Assembly (NCBI GenBank): GCA_040389905.1
Contig: JAZJZK010000020.1
Span: forward strand, 1-64,000
Length of the DNA: 64,000 nt
Source of the DNA: Gemmatimonadota bacterium
GTDB lineage: Bacteria; Gemmatimonadota; Gemmatimonadetes; Gemmatimonadales; Gemmatimonadaceae
Reading direction: 5' to 3'
Positions 60,273-64,000 of this stretch are shown here, in pieces. How positions within the stretch are numbered: the first letter of the stretch is position 1; each line of letters starts with the position of its first letter. The translations under genes were made by a program, and so were the position numbers. The notes under the pieces are model-generated. The model had not been told where the DNA came from. It made no database searches and saw only the letters and a program-made list of their open reading frames with translations.

Positions 60273-61961
60273 TTACGGGATCGAGTCAATCACGATGGGC
60301 GCGATGGTTAGGCGGCCTGTCACGGGCAGCCGTTTCGTTGCCGGCTTCCACTTCCTCCGTCCTGCGCTGATGGTGATCGTCGCGTCCAGCGTTGAGTCGC
60401 AGAACTGGAAGATCCCATCGGTACCCGTCCCAAAGCTGCCCACAAAGCTGCCAGAAAGCTGATCCGTCGTCTTGATGGCGTGGAGAGGCAGCGCATCGGT
60501 GGTGACGCCGACGGCCACTTCGGGGAGTGGACTTCCTTGCCGATTGAAGACTCGCCCGAGAACAAGAGTGGTGTCGACCGACACGTAGCGGCGTGTTGCC
60601 GCGCAACGCGCGATCACCCAGTCCTCCGCCGTGGGAATGCCATGGCTGGCATGCACGATCGAATCGTTCGCTGCCATGAAGCTGAACGTCGTTGGAATGT
60701 CCAGTTTGAGCGGCGCGAGACGCGGATCGATCACCAGGAGCGAGTACGGACCGCTGATGAGATCATCGATGGCAAAGACACCGGCGGAATCTACGACCGC
60801 GCGATACGGCGAGTACGGGAGATACATCTCCGTGCCTGCCGCTGACCGGCCATCCAGGAGGCGCACGGTGAGACGCAGCTTGCCGAGCGACGCATGCCAT
60901 GCGCGGCCATCCGGCCAGAGCGCGTGGGCCACCTGCCCGCCTTTCTCGAACGCAAACAGCCTCTCCTCGATCTTCGGCTCGTAGCCGGCGGTGCGGAGGG
61001 TGTCATAGCGCGCGCTGATGATGCGCATCGTCCAATTCTCGATCAATGTCTGGCCGTCGGTCAGTTCGCGAAAATTGATCTTTCCGCCAGGCTCGAGTAT
61101 CTGGACGCGCGAAGGAAAGCCGGCGTACCGGTAGTCGATGTCACGCAGTTGGCGAGCGGAGGTATCAATCCACACCACCCCGTCAATGTCGATGCGATCT
61201 CGACGCTGATCGACCGCCTTGAAGCCAAGCCCAATCTGTTGCGGCCGTGACTTTTCCGGATCCATGATCCGAAAGCAATAGCCCAGGGCGAACTGGTCAT
61301 CGAGTAGCACCTCGGCATCCGGTGCGAAGTAGCGCGGCCCGCCATTCTCGTACTGCATGAAGCCGCGTTTCAGGAAGTCCGTCGCGGAGTAGACGGCGAC
61401 GTACGACCGCGCGACGTGGTCAACGGAATCACGGCGAACATCCTGGAACTTGATGCGCGAACTGGTGCCCTCCATGGTGCGCGCGACGCTGAACAATACG
61501 AGCGACGGCGGATCCGACTCGCGCTGCACGACACTCGTGAGCAGCCCGGCGCGCGCTTGCTCGAGCAGCGCCTGCGTCTCGGCGGCATCGCGTCGTCGTG
61601 GGCAACGCGGATTCGCAACCGCGACGACGGGCTCCAGGAGTGTCGGTAGCCACGCCAACGAAAGGTTGAACTCCGTGACCGCGCCGGTCTTGGCTGGGAG
61701 TTGGAGATCGCGCGGGCGAAAGCCAAGGCGTACCAGGCGCCCGCGCCGAGCGTCACCGAGAAAGGGTATCTCGTAAATTCCGTTCGCGTTGGATACGCCG
61801 CGCATGATAGCCTTGCCCGCCGAATCGAACAGCGTGATGACCGCGCCGGTGACCGGGCGCCGGCTTGCGCTGTCTCTTACCATGCCGCGCAGTTGCTGGG
61901 CGCCGGCAGGAACGGACACCGCAAGCAGCGCAGCACATATCCCGACGAAGAGTCTCCGCAT
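60273..61961 (-). CDS. Secreted carboxypeptidase-regulatory-like domain protein, paralog 1
   Basis: Start MRRLFVGICA chosen by alignment to the paralogs. Confidence 0.8.
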   Translation of the reverse strand: MRRLFVGICAALLAVSVPAGAQQLRGMVRDSASRRPVTGAVITLFDSAGKAIMRGVSNANGIYEIPFLGDARRGRLVRLGFRPRDLQLPAKTGAVTEFNLSLAWLPTLLEPVVAVANPRCPRRRDAAETQALLEQARAGLLTSVVQRESDPPSLVLFSVARTMEGTSSRIKFQDVRRDSVDHVARSYVAVYSATDFLKRGFMQYENGGPRYFAPDAEVLLDDQFALGYCFRIMDPEKSRPQQIGLGFKAVDQRRDRIDIDGVVWIDTSARQLRDIDYRYAGFPSRVQILEPGGKINFRELTDGQTLIENWTMRIISARYDTLRTAGYEPKIEERLFAFEKGGQVAHALWPDGRAWHASLGKLRLTVRLLDGRSAAGTEMYLPYSPYRAVVDSAGVFAIDDLISGPYSLLVIDPRLAPLKLDIPTTFSFMAANDSIVHASHGIPTAEDWVIARCAATRRYVSVDTTLVLGRVFNRQGSPLPEVAVGVTTDALPLHAIKTTDQLSGSFVGSFGTGTDGIFQFCDSTLDATITISAGRRKWKPATKRLPVTGRLTIAPIVIDSIP

Positions 61962-62079
61962 GGCGCCCAAGGTATGGCCATTGCGACGGGACGGGAAGGA
62001 GCGGCGCACATTTCGGTATCCAAAGTTGTGAACGCCGCGACTGCTTTCTAAGACCGTTGACCCCCGATAGCTTCGGACC

Positions 62080-62568
62080 ATGCGACCCATGATACGCTCG
62101 ACGCTCTTTGCGGCCATTGCTTGCGCGACCTTCGCCTGCGCCTCCGGCGGTGGCCCAGAACCAGCGGCCATGCAGCCCGTTGCCGGTGAAGAGAAGTCCC
62201 TGGACGGCCTCCACTACGTCGACGTCACGCCGGGCTCTGGAGCCGCCGCTGCGAGGCTGCAGTGCGTTTACGTGCACTACACCGGCTGGCGTGCAAATGG
62301 GCGTCAGTTCGAGACCTCCCGCGGAGGAGACCCCGTCTCGTTCGTGCTCGGCGTGGGAACGGTGATGCCGGGGTGGGACATCGGCATCGCGGGCATGAAG
62401 GTCGGCGGCCAGCGGCGTCTCATGATTCCCGCGCGTCTGGCGTATGGAGACAAAGGCAAGGCGCCGTCCATTCCTGGAGGCGCGTCGCTGGTCTTCGATA
62501 CGGAGCTCATGGCGGTGACGGATGCGCCGGGCGGCAGGGCGTGCCCAGCGTGGAAAGACGTGCGATAA
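62080..62568 (+). CDS. FKBP-type peptidyl-prolyl isomerase (lipoprotein)
   Basis: Lipobox FAC; VHYTGW..G.QFETS, VMPGWDIGIAGMKVGGQRRLMIP..LAYG. Confidence 0.9.
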   Translation: MRPMIRSTLFAAIACATFACASGGGPEPAAMQPVAGEEKSLDGLHYVDVTPGSGAAAARLQCVYVHYTGWRANGRQFETSRGGDPVSFVLGVGTVMPGWDIGIAGMKVGGQRRLMIPARLAYGDKGKAPSIPGGASLVFDTELMAVTDAPGGRACPAWKDVR

Positions 62569-62584
62569 GAGCGTGAGGTGCGGA

Positions 62585-62761
62585 ACTACAACAGCCTGAA
62601 CGCAGAGGTCGCAGAGAAACTGCAACAGCCGCGGAGGTCGCAGAGGACAACTCACGCAGTCCTCTGTGAACCTATGTGGTTCATTTCGTTTGGTGCAGTT
62701 CCGCAGTCCTCTGCGACCTCTGCGAAACCTCTACGTCCTCTGCGTTAAGGCGGTTGCAGTT
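62585..62761. repeat. CGCAGAGG/CCTCTGCG inverted-repeat element between convergent genes (possible bidirectional terminator)
   Basis: Left arm AACGCAGAGGTCGCAGAG, right arm CCTCTGCGACCTCTGCG..CCTCTGCGTT. Confidence 0.75.
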
Positions 62762-62770
62762 GCTCTGCAG

Positions 62771-63241
62771 TTAGCCGAGCGCCTGCACCGCCGCTTCCAC
62801 TTCCGCGGCGTGCCCCTCGGGCTTCACTTTCTCGAAGACGCGCGCAATACGACCATCCTTGTCGATGACGAAGGTGGTGCGGTTCACACCGAAGTACTTG
62901 CGCCCGTACATCGACTTCTCGCCCCAGACGCCGTACAGGTTGCAGACCACCTGATCGGTGTCGGCGACGAGCGGGTAGTCGAGCCCGTACTTCTGCTTGA
63001 ACTTTACGTGCTTCTTCACGGGATCCGGACTGACGCCGATGATCGTCGCGTCGAGCCCCGCGAAACGCGGCAGCGCCGTCTGAAATCCGCACGCTTCCAC
63101 GGTGCAGCCCGACGTGTCGTCCTTCGGATAGAAGAACAGCACCACGGGCGACCCACGCAGTGACGAGAGTGTCAGCGTGCTTCCATCGTCGATGACCGCA
63201 GAGAAATCCGGCGCAATGTCGCCGGCCTTTGGAATGCTCAT
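62771..63241 (-). CDS. bcp: Thioredoxin-dependent peroxiredoxin Bcp
   Basis: [39 protein letters not shown]. Confidence 0.92.
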   Translation of the reverse strand: MSIPKAGDIAPDFSAVIDDGSTLTLSSLRGSPVVLFFYPKDDTSGCTVEACGFQTALPRFAGLDATIIGVSPDPVKKHVKFKQKYGLDYPLVADTDQVVCNLYGVWGEKSMYGRKYFGVNRTTFVIDKDGRIARVFEKVKPEGHAAEVEAAVQALG

Positions 63242-64000
63242 GCCAACTCCTCGCCGCCGATGAGAACGGCCATGATTGCCTTCTGAATGTGCAGCCGATT
63301 CTCCGCTTCGTCCCACACGCGGCTCTGCGGTCCGTCGATGACTTCCGCTGCGACCTCCTCCCCGCGATGGGCGGGGAGACAGTGCAGGAAGATGGCGTCG
63401 GAGGACGCGCGCTTCATGAGGGTCCCGTTGACGGTGAATCCGGCGAAATCACGCTCGCGCTTCTTTTGTTCGTCCTCCTGGCCCATGCTCGCCCACACAT
63501 CTGTGTTGACGACGTGCGCGCCCTCCATCGCCTCGGCGGGATCGCGCGTGAGGGTGATCTTGGCGTGACCCTTCGCGCGTTCGAGCAAATGATCCGCCGG
63601 CTCGTACCCCTCGGGGCACGCGAGTGCGAGCTCGAAACCCAGGCGGTACGCGGCGTTGATCCACGAGTTCGCCATGTTGTTGCCATCGCCGATCCACGCC
63701 ACCTTTTTCCCGCTCATCCCGCCAAGGTGCTGCCGGATCGTCAGGACGTCGGCGAGGATCTGGCACGGGTGCAGCAGGTCGGTCAGGCCATTGATAACGG
63801 GAACCCCCGAGTACTTCGCGAGTTCCTCGACGTCCTGATGGGCGAAGGTACGAATCATGATGCCGTCGACGTAACGCGACAGCACACGCGCCGTGTCCGC
63901 AATCGGTTCACCTCGGCCGAGCTGTACATCGCGCGGCGAGAGGAAGAGCGCGCGTCCGCCGAGTTGGTAGGTACCCACCTCGAAGGACACGCGGGTGCGC
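63238..64000 (-). CDS. argF: Ornithine carbamoyltransferase (5' end outside the window)
   Basis: [49 protein letters not shown]. Confidence 0.95.
   Translation of the reverse strand, partial: RTRVSFEVGTYQLGGRALFLSPRDVQLGRGEPIADTARVLSRYVDGIMIRTFAHQDVEELAKYSGVPVINGLTDLLHPCQILADVLTIRQHLGGMSGKKVAWIGDGNNMANSWINAAYRLGFELALACPEGYEPADHLLERAKGHAKITLTRDPAEAMEGAHVVNTDVWASMGQEDEQKKRERDFAGFTVNGTLMKRASSDAIFLHCLPAHRGEEVAAEVIDGPQSRVWDEAENRLHIQKAIMAVLIGGEELA

Overview
GC-rich bacterial chromosomal window whose gene content (many carboxypeptidase-regulatory-domain secreted proteins, TPR/AAA/GGDEF hybrids, PEP-CTERM relic, sigma-54 regulators) suggests Gemmatimonadota; the taxonomy is an inference. Bases 1-7.7 kb are a decayed polymorphic-toxin island: a frameshifted, 5'-truncated RHS/YD gene with a C-terminal toxin tip and DUF4279-like immunity gene, XRE regulators and an orphan MNT nucleotidyltransferase, bracketed by two IS3-family ends. 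Next come a cohesin/dockerin/Ig/GH17 protein, a phospholipase C relic and two tandem STAND-type (winged-helix/BTAD-AAA-TPR) regulators. A minus-strand run follows: sigma-54 regulator, conserved hypothetical, an unannotated 19-aa peptide ORF with a perfect Shine-Dalgarno, and a membrane HD-GYP phosphodiesterase. The rest holds a TonB receptor plus lipoprotein, a histidine kinase, mog, Uma2, gcvT, a sigma-54 promoter-led cluster (HFS-motif lipoprotein, TPR-HD-GYP-GGDEF-AAA-TPR protein, sensor-less sigma-54 activator), tandem paralog families, carbohydrate enzymes, and pheA, FKBP, bcp and argF. The strongest novelty candidates are (i) the small-peptide/membrane HD-GYP cassette and (ii) a 24-bp palindrome (GTGTATGGCAGTAYTGCCATAYAC) present three times, each time inside a segment bounded by a short diverged echo of a nearby gene. 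No rRNA, tRNA or CRISPR array was recognised. All family assignments are from motif recognition by eye, not database searches.
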